From positions 1 through 51,594 of the forward strand of contig JAQGDQ010001258.1 of assembly GCA_030141605.1 (NCBI GenBank): a DNA stretch of 51,594 bases, given 5' to 3'. The stretch is from Tubiluchus corallicola (Eukaryota > Animalia > Priapulida). This document shows positions 25,281 through 38,115 of this stretch, one piece after another. The notes beneath the pieces are model-generated. The model saw nothing but the letters and a program-made list of their open reading frames with translations, was not told where the DNA came from and did not search any database. A program made the translations under genes and the position numbers. The first letter of the stretch is position 1. Every line of letters starts with the position of its first letter.

Positions 25281-25335
25281 TCCATGTTAATACTTGTACA
25301 AATATAATTCATTAATTCTCAGACATCTATGGCTA

Positions 25336-26020
25336 TATAGGTTTTACATGTCAAATGTAGACCTGCGTAATTTTCATTAATTGTTCGAAAAATGTTTTTG
25401 TAAAACGTTGACCAATAAAAAATTGGTGTATATATTAATAATTGTATAATTGTTAACTTGTTTATGTACAACACTTTTAAGTGTTCTTATCAAATAAAGC
25501 TTTTCATTATATTTGAAAAATGTATTAACCTCCATACAAATAGTTGCAAACTAATTAAATATAATATATAAAAATTGATGCTGCCGATAGCACCACGACC
25601 ATAAAATATAATTTTAATTTCGTTTATCTTTTTGTAATTTTCACTTAAATGAGTTAATTACCGATTTATTCAAAGTAATGTATCTACATTTGACTCATCT
25701 AAGTCACATTCGAGTTACCAAAACACATTTGAAATTCCTATGTCTACATTTTACTTACCTAAGTCACATTTGAACTTTCCTGTGTCTACATTTGACTTAC
25801 CTAAGTCACATTTGAACTTTCCTGTGTCTACATTTGACTTACCTAAGTCACATTTGAACTTTCCTGTGTCTACATTTGACTTACCTAAGTCACATTTGAA
25901 CTTTCCTGTGTCTACATTTGACTTACCTAAGTCACATTTGCACTTTCCTGTGTCTACATTTGACTTACCTAAGTCACATTTGAACTTTCCTGTGTCTACA
26001 TTTGACGTGTAAAACCTATA
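25336..26020. mobile_element. TATAGG-ended MITE, family C (685 bp), with an internal 42-bp tandem array
   Basis: Same TIRs as the 24536 copy. 25680-26010 holds about 7-8 copies of TGTCTACATTTGACTTACCTAAGTCACATTTGAACTTTCCTG. Confidence 0.85.
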
Positions 26021-26533
26021 ATACATGCGATTACGATTTCGCATGACGTCACTAAAGAAAAAAACAAGTTTTGGCACGTTATGAACGTCGTCGCCGTCAT
26101 TGTCGCCATCATCATGTCAGTGACTATGACTTCACTGCACGAACTTTACCTTTATTTAGTCAGTTAGCTTACCAAGTGGCAGTGCGATTATTAAACTGTT
26201 GATCAATAGGGGTCGCTGACAGCCGTGATTACTGAATGTAATCGATCATCTGTGTTAATCGCTTGCGAATTAAAAAATTAAAACGCCGCCGACAGGGGTG
26301 GATTATCCTATAGGCCTTACAGGCTGCAACCTAGGAGCTTTGGTAATATTTCATAAAAAGAATATATTAAACATCTGTTTTTTCACTACGGATGTGACGA
26401 AGTATTTGCTAATTTGGTTTGTAATAAATAGTAAATAATGGTATTTCTTAAAGTATATTTTTATTGACAAACAAAAGATAGCTATTCTAGTTTACGTAAA
26501 GAATTTGCAATAAGTTTATTTCAAGCTATGTAA

Positions 26534-26791
26534 ATGTCAGTGAAATATATCATAAGTAAAAAATATTCAAGACGCTTGCGGGCGACTTACAGGGTGGCTC
26601 CATCTGACGGGCAAAGGTGGTTATAGCCCGGCCTTTGCCCCAGGTTCAACTAATCGAAAAAAATGAGAGTTATAGCCCGGCCTTTGCCCCAGGTTAAACT
26701 AATCGAAAAAAATGAGAGTTATAGCCCGGCCTTTGCCCCAGGTTAAACTAATCGAAAAAAATCCGAGTTAACTGCGTGCACCTATATCTCT
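26534..26791 (+). repeat. Dispersed repeat with an internal 49-bp triplication; inverted partner at 29514-29675
   Basis: TTATAGCCCGGCCTTTGCCCCAGGTTAAACTAATCGAAAAAAAT at 26621, 26670 and 26719. The segment is the reverse complement of 29514-29675, which has a single unit. Confidence 0.85.
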
Positions 26792-28159
26792 CACTCGTAC
26801 TTACTGTGTGTCTGACGACAAACTTTGGCTGTAAATTATTTCAAGTGATATTCTCTTGTAGTGAATCATGGCCTATAACTTTTGCAAGATATTATGACAG
26901 ATGGTATTCTTTTGCAATGAGTTATCATAGATTTATAATCTAAATGACAAAGTCTTGCAGTAAATTAAGAAAAATTCCATTCTACTGCGGTGAGTTATGT
27001 ACGGTTGTCCTAGCTAGGGATATATACATGGATAATTCTAAATCAAGGTTGAACCATTGACGTTTTATCGGCTGGAAAGAACTTTCGTTTTCAGTCACAA
27101 AGTTAAGCGCAAGTCATGTAACTTTGTATGAAAGTTTTTGGGATACATGCTTTTAAAGTATATATACTTTAACACTACCTTACCTCACTTTTAAGGTAAG
27201 CTGAATGCCTGTAAACCACTATCCAAATTAAACGAGTAACTACAAGCGCCAATTCATTTGATTTACTTCGATTTTAATACAGTAGAAAGTAGAACTCATC
27301 TGTGTTTTGTGGATATGCAGGGTATACATACCTGTTCACACAAACGGGTAACAGGTGTTGGGTACATGCACGTTTCCTTGCATGTTAAATTGGATTTTTC
27401 CCCTTTAACTGTCATCGGTCATGTGACCAGGTGGTTGGCTAGGTAAACATTACCTGGCGTGCAATTCAAGTTGATAGGATGTGAAATTTGTGAATTCATT
27501 TGTATTGTTCTTTGCACGTTATAAACACCAAAGCTCAGAGAAACCACATGTAATTGTCTAATTATCTTTGTTTTAACAGCTTTACATAAATAGGTTATTT
27601 CATTGTTATTTTTTATATAATTATAATCCAAAATCTAATTTAGTAATTCATCGGCACCTGACTAATATTTTTTGCTGAAAACTCATTGCTGTAATTTATT
27701 ATTTCAGATAAAAGACAATTGCTGCATATTAAGCAGATTTGGATGGTCTAGAGCTTAAATGCTGTACAACAGGCATATATGAATGTTTACGTAAACAAGA
27801 TTCTTATCTTCTTATCAACATTCCGGGAAGACGCAGCATAAGTGAAAAATTTGTAAATTTTAATATTCCTAACTATATATAATAATCTTTACTTGCCATT
27901 AAAATACATGGATAATCACTTACAAAAACTTTACAGAGATGATCAATCAGTGTTAGTTAATAAAAACTTACACTGCTAAACGCAAATGCGTCAGTGCAAT
28001 CTAAACTACTGTGCCGTAATGGAAAGTAACGACGAATAAAATCAAACATATTTACAACTATGCACAAAAAAATGAAATAATTATGATTTAATTAATATGG
28101 CCGTGGATATATAGATTTTGAATTAGAGTGTATGTTGTCGTGCTGGTGTGATGGGTATT

Positions 28160-28536
28160 TCATCTCTGGTTAGTATTAGTGACTTTAATTTTGTTTTAAA
28201 TGCTGATAGGGACTTGATTTATTTGACCTGTAATGGTAGAGAATTCCAAAGTAGAATAGCTTGCTTAATTACAGAGTTCGTTCCATAGTGGGTATTTGTC
28301 CTAATTTGTTTTAGATTACTTGTTCTGGAATTAACGATAGGATTTGGAAAAAGGGTAAATCTGTTATTTTGGAATAGTTTTCTGATGTTGTTAATGTATT
28401 TAAATATAAAAAGCAGAGTAAAATATTCTTTGTGTACTTCAATGATTGGGAATTTTAAAGTTTTTCTCAGGTTAGTTGATGAAGCTTTGAATTTTTGTTT
28501 ACGTGCCTTACGTTTGTACGAGTACCCAGCTATCAT
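28160..28536 (-). mobile_element. LINE ORF2 3' remnant
   Basis: FIFKYINN...SRTSNLKQIRTNTHYGTNSVIKQAILLWNSLPLQVK*IKSLSAFKTKLK; WNxLP..K..S...FK..LK tail motif. Confidence 0.8.
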
Positions 28537-29267
28537 TTGATGTTATGATGTTATGATGTTAATACACGAATGATAACAGGATACTTTATACATGGGCCGA
28601 CAGAAGTACCTTAATAGTATTGATAAATTGTATGTTTACTATGTATATCATAACACAGTTTTATGGACGAACTGGTACAAACTGTTTTACGTTATGAAAT
28701 CAACATCTTTACCATTTTAAGGGACTTTTATTTTTTTTGCCTTTATGTACATGTATTGTATCTTTAGTGATCTATCTTGTGTTTTTATGTTTTGTGTATG
28801 TATGTATTGTATATATCTAAATATTTTATTATTTTATAGCATAAATGAATGTTTTCTATAATGTTTAAGCAATGCTTTGTACTTTTAAATGAATAAATGA
28901 AATAAATTTAAAATGAATAAAAATAAAAATATCCACGACATTGGAGTTGTGACATTTGACATTCTTGTGATGTGACTTACAATTGTATTGCAGAAAATTT
29001 TGACAGACAGTATTCTCTTACGGTGAATTATGATTGACACACTTGAGTGAATTGCCACACGTAATTCTTTCAAGATTAATAATGACAGATGATCTCTCCT
29101 GCTGTTACACATGCCACTCTCTTGCAGTGAACTGTGACAGTGATACGGCGGCTTGCAGTAAATTACGTTAGAAAACAGTCACGGCAGTAAATTATGGTAC
29201 ACGACAGTCTCTTACACCGAATTATAATAGATTATGTATTCTGTAGTAAATTATGCATTCTTGCACT

Positions 29268-29502
<235 letters not shown>

Positions 29503-29513
29503 TGTAGATATGG

Positions 29514-29675
29514 AGAGACATAGATACACGCAATTAACTCGGATTTTTTTCGATTAGTTTAACCTGGGGCCAAGGCCGGGTTATAACCGCCTTGTCCCCA
29601 CAGACGGAGCCACACCCTGTAAGTCGCCCGCACGCGTCTTGAATATTTTTTACTTGTGATATATTTCACTGACAT
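29514..29675 (-). repeat. Inverted copy of the 26534-26791 repeat
   Basis: For example, GTCTTGAATATTTTTTACTT at about 29636 is the reverse complement of AAGTAAAAAATATTCAAGAC at about 26554. Confidence 0.85.
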
Positions 29676-30109
29676 ATATATATATATATATCAATTCTTC
29701 AAATTTGTCATTAAAATGGTTTATTATAATAAAATTGAGTAAGCCTCAGGGTAATGTTAAACTAACAACACTGTTCAAGACAAATGCATCCAGTGCAGAC
29801 TAGAAAACTAAAGTCCAGTCTAAGTCCAGTGCTGACTAAGAAAAACTAAAGTGCAGAACTTAAGTCTAGTTATTTACAATAAATGGACATATTTACAAAC
29901 ACGATATTGAAATATTTTTACAAAACACATATTATGAAAGTACGTTAAATTTTACATGACATTTACACTGTATATACATTTGACAATTAACATAACACGC
30001 ATTACATTACATAAATTTTATATTCTTAATCATTTTATGGAGTCAGGGGGGTAGATGAAAGTTGAAACTGTGTAATTAGTATCAGTAACTTGAAAGTTGA
30101 AACCTGTTA

Positions 30110-30430
30110 TATTGATATTCTTTTAATTTCTTTTTAAACTGGTGAAGAGATTCTATTTGTTTTATTTCACTGAGTAGTAAGTTCCATAAATGTATGGCTT
30201 GTTTTGGTATAAAGTTACTTCCAAATTTATTGCTTTTTTAATTTGCTTTAAATTGTGCTTTCTATTGTTTAAAGTGATATCAGGACAGAATGATAAAGGA
30301 TTGTTTATAAAACGGAATGCTCAGTTTATTTATATATTTATAAAGAAATATCAGTGTTTTGAAATCTCGATAGGCATCTAATATTGGTATTTCTGTGGAA
30401 GTTCTTAAGTTTGTTGCAGAAGCGACAGAT
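30110..30430 (-). mobile_element. LINE ORF2 3' remnant related to the 28160-28536 copy (frameshifted)
   Basis: ASATNLRTSTEIPILDAYRDFKTLIFLYKYINK ... FGSNFIPKQAIHLWNLLLSEIKQIESLHQFKKKLKEY. Confidence 0.75.
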
Positions 30431-30538
30431 GATGGACTTTTACAATGAATTATGAGAGAAGACGGCATCTTACGGTGTCTTTTGTCGAATTTCATTTTGC
30501 ATTATATTTTCTTCTTTATTTTAGGCTCTGCATTCATA

Positions 30539-30944
30539 AAATATTGAACTGCTGGCGGAACCTCGCCAACCGGGGGTGGTTCGGGTCTGCAGGTACGGAG
30601 GCGGAGCAGCCTAATAACGATTTCCGCATGACCACAATAAAACAAAGCTGAATTAAATAATGACTGTTGTGCTTACTAACTTGAAACAGATTTAAATATT
30701 ACAAGACCTAAACTAACTTTGACAAGATTTTATACAAATTAAAGAAAAACAGAACAAAGAAATAAAGTGGAGAGACTGATACCTAACTTGCCCTATAGAG
30801 GGTGGCAGGAGAGCTCTAACTCTAATGGAAGAAACACAAGTACAAGAACCACCAACTCTGCACGACCCGATTACCATTGTAGCTCCGAAGTACAGCAGGT
30901 TTTTACCCTTCCTTTATAACCTTCCCCAAACTAGTGTACATGTC
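30539..30944. repeat. About 400-bp dispersed repeat, copy 1 (intron 1)
   Basis: Aligns in direct orientation with 33414-33813. Both end at CCTTTATAACCTTCCCCAAACTAGTGTACATGTC. Confidence 0.85.
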
Positions 30945-31562
30945 TCTAGTGTACAAAATTCTCTGCAATTACACACATATGTGTAACACATATGTATTAG
31001 TTACCTCAGTTTTTTTATAGAAACTACTAATTTAGGAAGTCACGCTGGTTAAATTAATGTATTGTCTCTACCTCATTACTCACTAGTGCTGCCTGTGACT
31101 ATATAATTTTGACGTATTAACAAGATGGCTGACTGGATGACCTTTTTGTCGGCCCGTTATCATCCCTCCTCTTCGCTCATTACTGGCAATCAGGCCCTAT
31201 TTACCTGTATACTATTCAACAATTGCACCCTTGCACACTACAGTACATTAGGTAGATGGAGAAAAAGAAATTTTAGTTAAAATTCAATTCAATCTACTCT
31301 TTTGCTCTGAATTATATATACCGCGTTCTTTTGCAGGGAATTAGGGGTGACGATACCCTCGTGCAGTGAACATCTTTAAAGTCATTTTGAATTTGAAATT
31401 AAAATTTTATTTCAGAATTTCTTCCATAGAAAACAGGAGTTGAAGACGTACAAGACAAAAGACGACATTATACAAAACATTAGTAAAACACAATGTTGTT
31501 GTCATTATGTTACTTCATCAAACTTTGTAATTACAACAGCAATTTATTAATGATCTACTCAC

Positions 31563-31719
31563 CAACTAGAAACACAAGCCCGTAGGCCAGAGTGAATGGT
31601 ATCAGCTCTGCAAGGTCAAACAGGCTGAAATCGACGTCGTAATCATAGTAGTACTCGGTGGCATTTGTTACGTTTACGATGGAATCGTTGAACGCTAAGT
31701 TTTCTTCGATGTCACTCAT
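31563..31719 (-). CDS. Class A peptide GPCR, coding exon 1 (N-terminus and first half of TM1)
   Basis: Reverse complement reads ATG AGT GAC... = MSDIEENLAFNDSIVNVTNATEYYYDYDVDFSLFDLAELIPFTLAYGLVFLV plus one G, then donor GTGAGT (phase 1). It has three N-glycosylation sequons (NDS, NVT, NAT) and a purine at -3 of the ATG. Length 157 nt = 52 codons + 1, matching the 2-nt start of the next exon. Not in the ORF track. Confidence 0.9.
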
Positions 31720-32659
31720 GTCTGCGATAGCTGACGCCGATAACTTTCACATGTAAATGACCTTTTAATGACCTTTACCTTTGCAATGAATCCACACAGC
31801 ATTGTTCTGTCAACTGAAGATGTTAATGGCGTCGTTCTTCCCACAAAGTTTAAACGTTTTTATACTTAGTTAGTTCATTAAAACACGATTTTGACTAGGT
31901 TTTTCCTAAAGATGTATTTGATTCAGCTTTTTAGTAAGCTCTCGATCTATTGCACACGAAAGCTAGGGATATATAAAGAGTTACGACACCAAAAGACTAA
32001 AATCCTTTCATCTGAGACATTCAAGACATGCTACACCTGCGTTACCTCGTCTGAAAAAGCTGGTAAATATTATAGATGTTCCACCTGCGATGACGCTAAT
32101 GGCTTATTCATAACTGGAGACGCCATTAATCATCTTTGTTTTATTGGGTAGCTCCACGTCTGTGGCTCGCCTACTTTTCACTTCTTCCAATAAATGTTGC
32201 CTCAAGCTAACCTAGAATGACAAACGGCAATATTAAATTGTTGCAAACATTGAATAACAAACTGAATTATTTGTTTCCTGAATACAAAACGCGCGTAAAA
32301 ACGTCACCGCTAATTGAGATTAACATGCAAGTTTTCCGGTGTTGTATATTATCGATGCGTGCGGGAATTTTCATTACGATTTGAAATCTAATATTTTCAA
32401 GTTTGTGTTCCAACGCGAAGCCAAATAAACGATGATTCATTATTTAGTAGGCAGAGTTGTTTAGCGGAAGTAAATACTTGGAGGGCGTGCAGACGTGGTA
32501 ATTGCAGCTTCGCTCCTGCCTTGGGGAATTCCAGAACTTTTCAGTTTTTCTGGGTCTTTTTCCTCCTTTATTTATGATATAACAAAGTGTAGTCACATCT
32601 GTATTTGGCGAAACCTACTTGTACCAAATAGGTTAGTCTTATTTGGTTCGTCTGTACAT

Positions 32660-32720
32660 GACGCTGGTGTTCTTCAAGGTTCTGTATTAGCTCCTACTTT
32701 GTTTCTGTTATTTGTCAAAG
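32660..32720 (+). mobile_element. Reverse transcriptase motif remnant (non-LTR retrotransposon)
   Basis: AGVLQGSVLAPTLFLLFV resembles the LINE RT motif GVPQGSxLxPxLF. No intact YADD follows. Confidence 0.65.
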
Positions 32721-33413
32721 TTATATCTACCAAACTCTATACTCTTTAAGCTTGCTGTCTACGACAAATCACCGTTGATATTTTCTGAATACATATAATG
32801 CTCATCACAACGATCAGTCAGAAGCATTTCTAATGCTTGAAAATAGATCAGGAATTGGGCCTTTTGGCTTTGAAATGGACCGAAACAAACGAGAATCTGG
32901 CTTGTCACCTTTAAACAAGTAAGACGAAGTTGTTACCTTTTGTTAAAGATAGGTTTACTAATACGAAAGCGGAGAGTCGGAAGATCTTGATCAAAACACG
33001 CCATCAAAAAATTATATTTTAATACATTTATAATGGGAAATAAAAAGGATGCGATTGTTCTAGTGAGAGTATAGTCCTGAAAGCACTTAAGGCACGATAG
33101 GCTTTCATTACAATCCCCTGTTGTAATTTGACAAAACTAATTTGCAGGTTACTGTTATTTATTGAATTTCTTGATATTAATTAATAAATTAATTAATTAA
33201 TGGTTATTTAAAGCTGTACAATAAAGCTGAAAAATCTAGTAAACATATTGTCAACGAGCCCCTTCAGACCGAGGTCCAGATATATTTAAAAAGCATAAAT
33301 ACGTTTTTATATGTAATCAGGTATACTGCAAGCCTGAATACAGCTGCAATGGACGGCAAGACTTAATCAAAGTGAATGTTTGTGGCAGAACCGGAATCTA
33401 AACCCCTACCAAG

Positions 33414-33813
33414 AATATTGAAATGCTGGTGGCGCCTCGCCATCCGGGTGGCTCGGGTCTTCAGGTACAGAGGGAGTGCAGCCTAATAATGATTTACTCA
33501 TGACCATAGTTTAACAATTATGCTGAATTAAGTAATGCTGCTACTGTTGCTTGCTAACTTTAAAGAGATTTAAATATTATATGTACAAGTCCTAACTGAG
33601 TCCAAATTTTAGAAAAATTAAAGTGAAACAGAACAATGAAATAAGGTAAAGAACGGCACATAGCTCCCTGTATAGCGTGAAGCAGCAGAGCTCTAAGGTT
33701 GGTCGGAAGAAACACAAGTGCAAGAACCACCAACTCTGCACAACACGATTACCACTGCAGCTCCAAAGTTTTTACCCTCCCTTTATAACCTTCCCCAAAC
33801 TAGTGTACATGTC
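33414..33813. repeat. About 400-bp dispersed repeat, copy 2 (upstream of the GPCR start codon)
   Basis: Direct homolog of 30539-30944 (e.g. GGAAGAAACACAAGTRCAAGAACCACCAACTCTGCA). Confidence 0.85.
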
Positions 33814-34407
33814 AGAGAGAGAGAGCCAAAATGAAACCTGATTGGTTGAAAGTAAAAAGGTGTGAAATTTTAGCCAACAAGCACCGGAATATCTATAGAA
33901 GAATAATTCAGAAAACTCTAGGAGGTTTGAACTACTAGAATTTTAGGGGTGACCCTAGTCCCTAGACCCAAACACTGGTATGGTAACCATGTCGTACTTT
34001 GGAATAAAAGGTAGGGGTTGTGCAGAGGGGGCGCTCAAGCGCGTGCGCTACAATATAATCCCCCCTATGATGGGACACCAAATCACCCTAGGTGTGTAAA
34101 TGCAACCTTTGAGTGTAAATGCTCCTTCTTCCTTCAACAAAAAGGGGTCACGCTTTAGCATCTGAGATTAATTTTGGTGTGTATCCCATTTCCTCTTCTA
34201 TTGCAGTGCAAATTAAAATTACGCCTTAACAGCTTTGGACTGCCCTTTTCCCTTGCGCCTGTTTACCTGGGCCATAAATATTTATCGCTCATTAAAACTA
34301 ACGACGTATAATAAATGTGAGCCCTAAAAACGTGTTAATTTAAATGTGACAATGGAAATGTCAACGGATTTGCACAGAATCGCCTCGCCCTGTATACAGT
34401 TACAGAT

Positions 34408-34530
34408 ATAGTTTAAAGTTACAGTTACAGTTTACAGTTACAGTTACAGTTTACAGTTTACAGTTTACAGTTACAGTTACAGTTACAGTTACAGTTTACA
34501 GTTATAGTTACAGTTTATAGCTACAGTTTA
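34408..34530. repeat. (GTTACA/GTTTACA)n microsatellite
   Basis: Direct reading. Confidence 0.9.
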
Positions 34531-34640
34531 GCACACATTTATAGCTAGCAAAAACATACAATGAGTATTAGGTCTTTGTTAACGTCATTATCTGCCGGAG
34601 ATGGCGAGCAAATTCCTGTAATTTGTTGTTCGTGTCTTAA

Positions 34641-35239
34641 AGGAAGACAGGATGATTTTTCACATACTACCAACCCATTTTCTAGTTCGATAAAATTACA
34701 GATTTTAACACAATTAATACTGTAAAAGCGTTTCTGACAGCTAAATAACAGATTAAAAACTTAGTAAACGGCGGGCGAGCCCAACTATTGATGACATCAC
34801 AAACGAACATAATTTTCAACATCAAAAATATTCCACGAGCGTGTTACAGGTGTTTGTGGAAACGAAAATTGAAGTATAGTGCTACTGTAAGATACTCAGT
34901 GTGTGTTGTACTAAAACTAAGCAGGTTTCAAGATAAAAATTTAAATTTCAAATTTACCGCTGTGCTCACGCATGAACTGCCGAACGTGTGTAGTTCGTCA
35001 CAAACTAACATATCTGAACTGAGAGGTACACCCTCCTGTTTTTATGCAATGTTTCCGAAATGCAGGCGCTAGTGCCCGTCTAACAGCGAAGAACTAGTGG
35101 CGAGAATGTGAAATTGCGATGGTGTGGTAATAATTACTTCACGTAAGTCGTTTTTGAAAAAATAGTATGTTGTCTTTTAATATTTTAGAGTAGATTGTTT
35201 TGACCTACACTACAGTTTAATATTGGGTCCGGTTTTGCT
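34641..35239 (+). mobile_element. Kolobok-like family A, full-length copy (599 bp)
   Basis: TTAA|AGGAAGACAGGATGATTTTT ... GGGTCCGGTTTTGCT|TTAA. Confidence 0.82.
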
Positions 35240-35787
35240 TTAATATTATTAACACGGTGCCTGAGGCAGAGTGTATAGCCGAGTAGTCACGTGCACCGCT
35301 ACGCGCAAGTTGCGCTACGCCGAGACTAGTCAAAGAATGGCTGGTAACTGCCTAATTTATTCTTTTTCATTTTCCGTACTGATCCTTCCTTTTACCTTGT
35401 ATACGCAGGACGTAACATGGTTAAGACATCTCCGTCGAGTTAGAGGCTAGTCTTGATAATGAGCTAGGTTCCTGTCTCGCCACAATCGTCAACATTGAAC
35501 AGGCCTTACCGTTGGATGCTGGATTCCAGCTTGTAGTGAGGCAAATTGAATAATAAACTGTAGGTAACCAGAGTCGAAAGCTCATACTTTGTTTATTTTC
35601 ATTTAAAAGTATTTCCATCACGTTCTATTCAAAACAGAGACTGGTTTAGAAGTTGATTTATTACTTATTCGAATCAAACAGACGCGAAGTTAAACAGGTT
35701 CAGGATTTGTAATCACGGTCACGATTTCTGCAAATGTAACGTATTTCAAGCTCCTTTCATCAATATCATAATTTACTTACCTCGCAT

Positions 35788-35915
35788 AGTTAGTAAGTTA
35801 GTAAATAAGTAGGTAAGTAAATAAGTAAGTAAGAAAGTAAGCAAGCAAGCAAGTAATTAACAAGTTTGTAAGTGAGTGAGTGAGTGAGTGAGTGAGTGAG
35901 TGAGTGAGTGAGTAG

Positions 35916-35965
<50 letters not shown>

Positions 35966-36134
35966 CAGTCAGTCAGTCAGTCAGTCAGTCAGTCAGTCAG
36001 TCAGTCAGTCAGTCAGTCAGTCAGTCAGTCAGTCAGTCAGTCAGTCAGTCAGTCAGTCAGTCAGTCAGTCAGTCAGTCAGTCAGTCAGTCAGTCAGTCAG
36101 TCAGTCAGTCAGTCAGTCAGTCAGTCAGTCAGTC

Positions 36135-36176
<42 letters not shown>

Positions 36177-36241
36177 GAAGGAAGGAAGGAAGGAAGGAAG
36201 GAAGGAAGGAAGGAAGGAAGGAAGGAAGGAAGGAAGGAAGG

Positions 36242-36290
<49 letters not shown>

Positions 36291-36770
36291 TGTAATCATG
36301 TAAGCAAGCAGTCAAGCAAGCAAGGAAGCAAGAAAATAAGTGAGTGAGTGACTGAGTAAGTGAGTGAGTGAGTGAGTGAGTGAATGAGTGAGTGAGTGAA
36401 TGAGTGACTGAGTAAGTAAGCAAGTACGTAAAGGCTCAAGCTTACAATTCTCTGCTCATAAGAAATCAATTCGTGAGGCGGATTTGGGATAGGGTTGATA
36501 GGGTTAGGGTTAGCTTATTTAAATTGTGTGGACAATTGTAAATTCTTTCCTACATAATTAAGAAAGTACGCAAGGAATCAAGCAAGTAAGTAAATAAGTA
36601 AGTTACTAAGTAAGCGAGTAAGCAAGAAAACAAGTAAGCAAGGAAGCAAGTAAATTAGTAAGTAATTAAGTAAGCAAGTAGGCAATCAAGCAAGTAAATT
36701 AGTGAGTAGTTAAGTAAGGAAGAAAACAAGCAAGAAACAAGTAATTAAGAAAGAAAGTAAGAAACATTAT
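35788..36770. repeat. Compound tetranucleotide microsatellite (AGTA/AGTG/AGTC/AGGA/AGCA)
   Basis: Direct reading. Pure blocks at 35870-36290, degenerate elsewhere. Confidence 0.95.
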
Positions 36771-37334
36771 TATTTACCACAGCAGAACGATAGATAATAA
36801 ATAAGCAAGAGATTACCTTTACCAATCATATCAAGCAATTCAATATTATTACTACAATACTAAAAGCATGAGAAGTGTATTACAATTAGAGAAAGTCAGT
36901 TCAAGCTTATGCGTTTCGTTTTACGAATAAATATGACACACAACTTCGCAACACAAGACACACCTGTTACTCGGAATCTATTGTATCAGGATTCGCTCTA
37001 TGATTTGTTGCTGTCAATTGCGCATGACAGGTCACGTGACAAGCATGATGAAGCCTGACTTGACAGCTACTGTTGGCAGATGGCGCATTGTAGTTAAGTA
37101 CGTGGTTTCGGGGCAGTAAATGTGTCATTGACGGCGCTAAATTTTGCGCGACTAGCTACTTCTCCCACATTGAATTGAGCAGCCGTGTGACGCGGCGTAC
37201 GTAATCAATCGAAATTATTAATTAAAAAGCAATTTTTCCACTTGGGCACGCACAGTTTCGCTGGGAGGTGGATTATATTCAAATCAACCAGGGCTGTGAG
37301 TGCACAAACTACTGCATACGCCTTTTCCAATGAA

Positions 37335-37570
37335 GTCTTTGAGTATTTGAGTAGGTGCCTTTGAGTAGTTGAGTAGGTGTCTTTGAGTAGTTGAGTAGTT
37401 GTCTTTGAGTAGTTGCCTTTGAGTTGTTGAGTAGGTGTCCTTGAGTAGTTGAGTAGGTGTCTTTGAGCAGTTGAGTAGTTGTCTTTGAGTAGTTGAGTAG
37501 TTGTCTTTGAGTAGTTGAGTAGTTGTCTTTGAGTTGTTGAGTAGTTGTCTCTGAGTTGTTGAGTAGGTGT
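37335..37570. repeat. About 22-bp degenerate minisatellite
   Basis: Unit GAGTAGTTGAGTAGTTGTCTTT, about 10 copies. Confidence 0.9.
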
Positions 37571-37624
37571 GCGGTTGGCTGTGATTCACTATGCTGCACA
37601 GAGCATAAGAATCACTAAGGAAAC

Positions 37625-38115
37625 TTCAAAGTTGAAGGGGACGAAAAGGCAAATTTAATCTGTCCCAAAAACTTTCCATACAAAGTTAAATTACTTAGCA
37701 TTACGCTTACTCGCTTGAAAGGCTTGTGTAACTGGAAAAGAAAATGTCTTAGTAATTTAAAATGTTAGCGCCAAATGATAAACGTCACTGTGCCGCCATC
37801 CCAGTGTGCACCACTGGCTCACTAAGAAACACATCATTGATATTATTGACAAGATAAAGTAATTTAAGCTTTTCCTTAGTTAGTGAAGTGTGTGCTACGA
37901 ATACTCTGATTATTTTTTCAAACTTTAGGCAATGTTTAACCGCTAAACTTGTTTCAAATGACTTACCGTCAAAATGGCTGCACTTAGCGATCATCGCGGG
38001 AGTTTAAATTTGCAACTTTTATACAGCGTTGCTGTTAGTACAAGCTCTGTATGCAATAAGACAGCATGTAAGTGATGCAAATTTTCAAGACGATTTTTTA
38101 ACTTTATCTAAGTAA
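37625..38115 (-). mobile_element. Uninterrupted inverted copy of the old repeat at 14350-14748 + 15345-15415
   Basis: CGCCATCCCAGTGTGCACCACTG (37795) and flanking blocks are reverse complements of the 14350-15415 segments. Confidence 0.7.

Noticed and set aside
25085-25312. Hydrophobic 75-aa minus-strand ORF as the GPCR N-terminal exon
   Set aside because: Another frame reads as a LINE ORF2 tail, and the exon at 31563-31719 fits phase and TM1 sequence properly.
25740-26077. 14-aa repeat protein ORFs (and 11-aa repeat ORFs at 47119-47490)
   Set aside because: Open only because the 42-bp and 33-bp tandem units are multiples of three; they lie in repeat DNA.
30550-30620. HDV-like ribozyme in the GC-rich end of the 400-bp repeat
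   Set aside because: Simple hairpins form, but I could not build the nested double pseudoknot on either strand.
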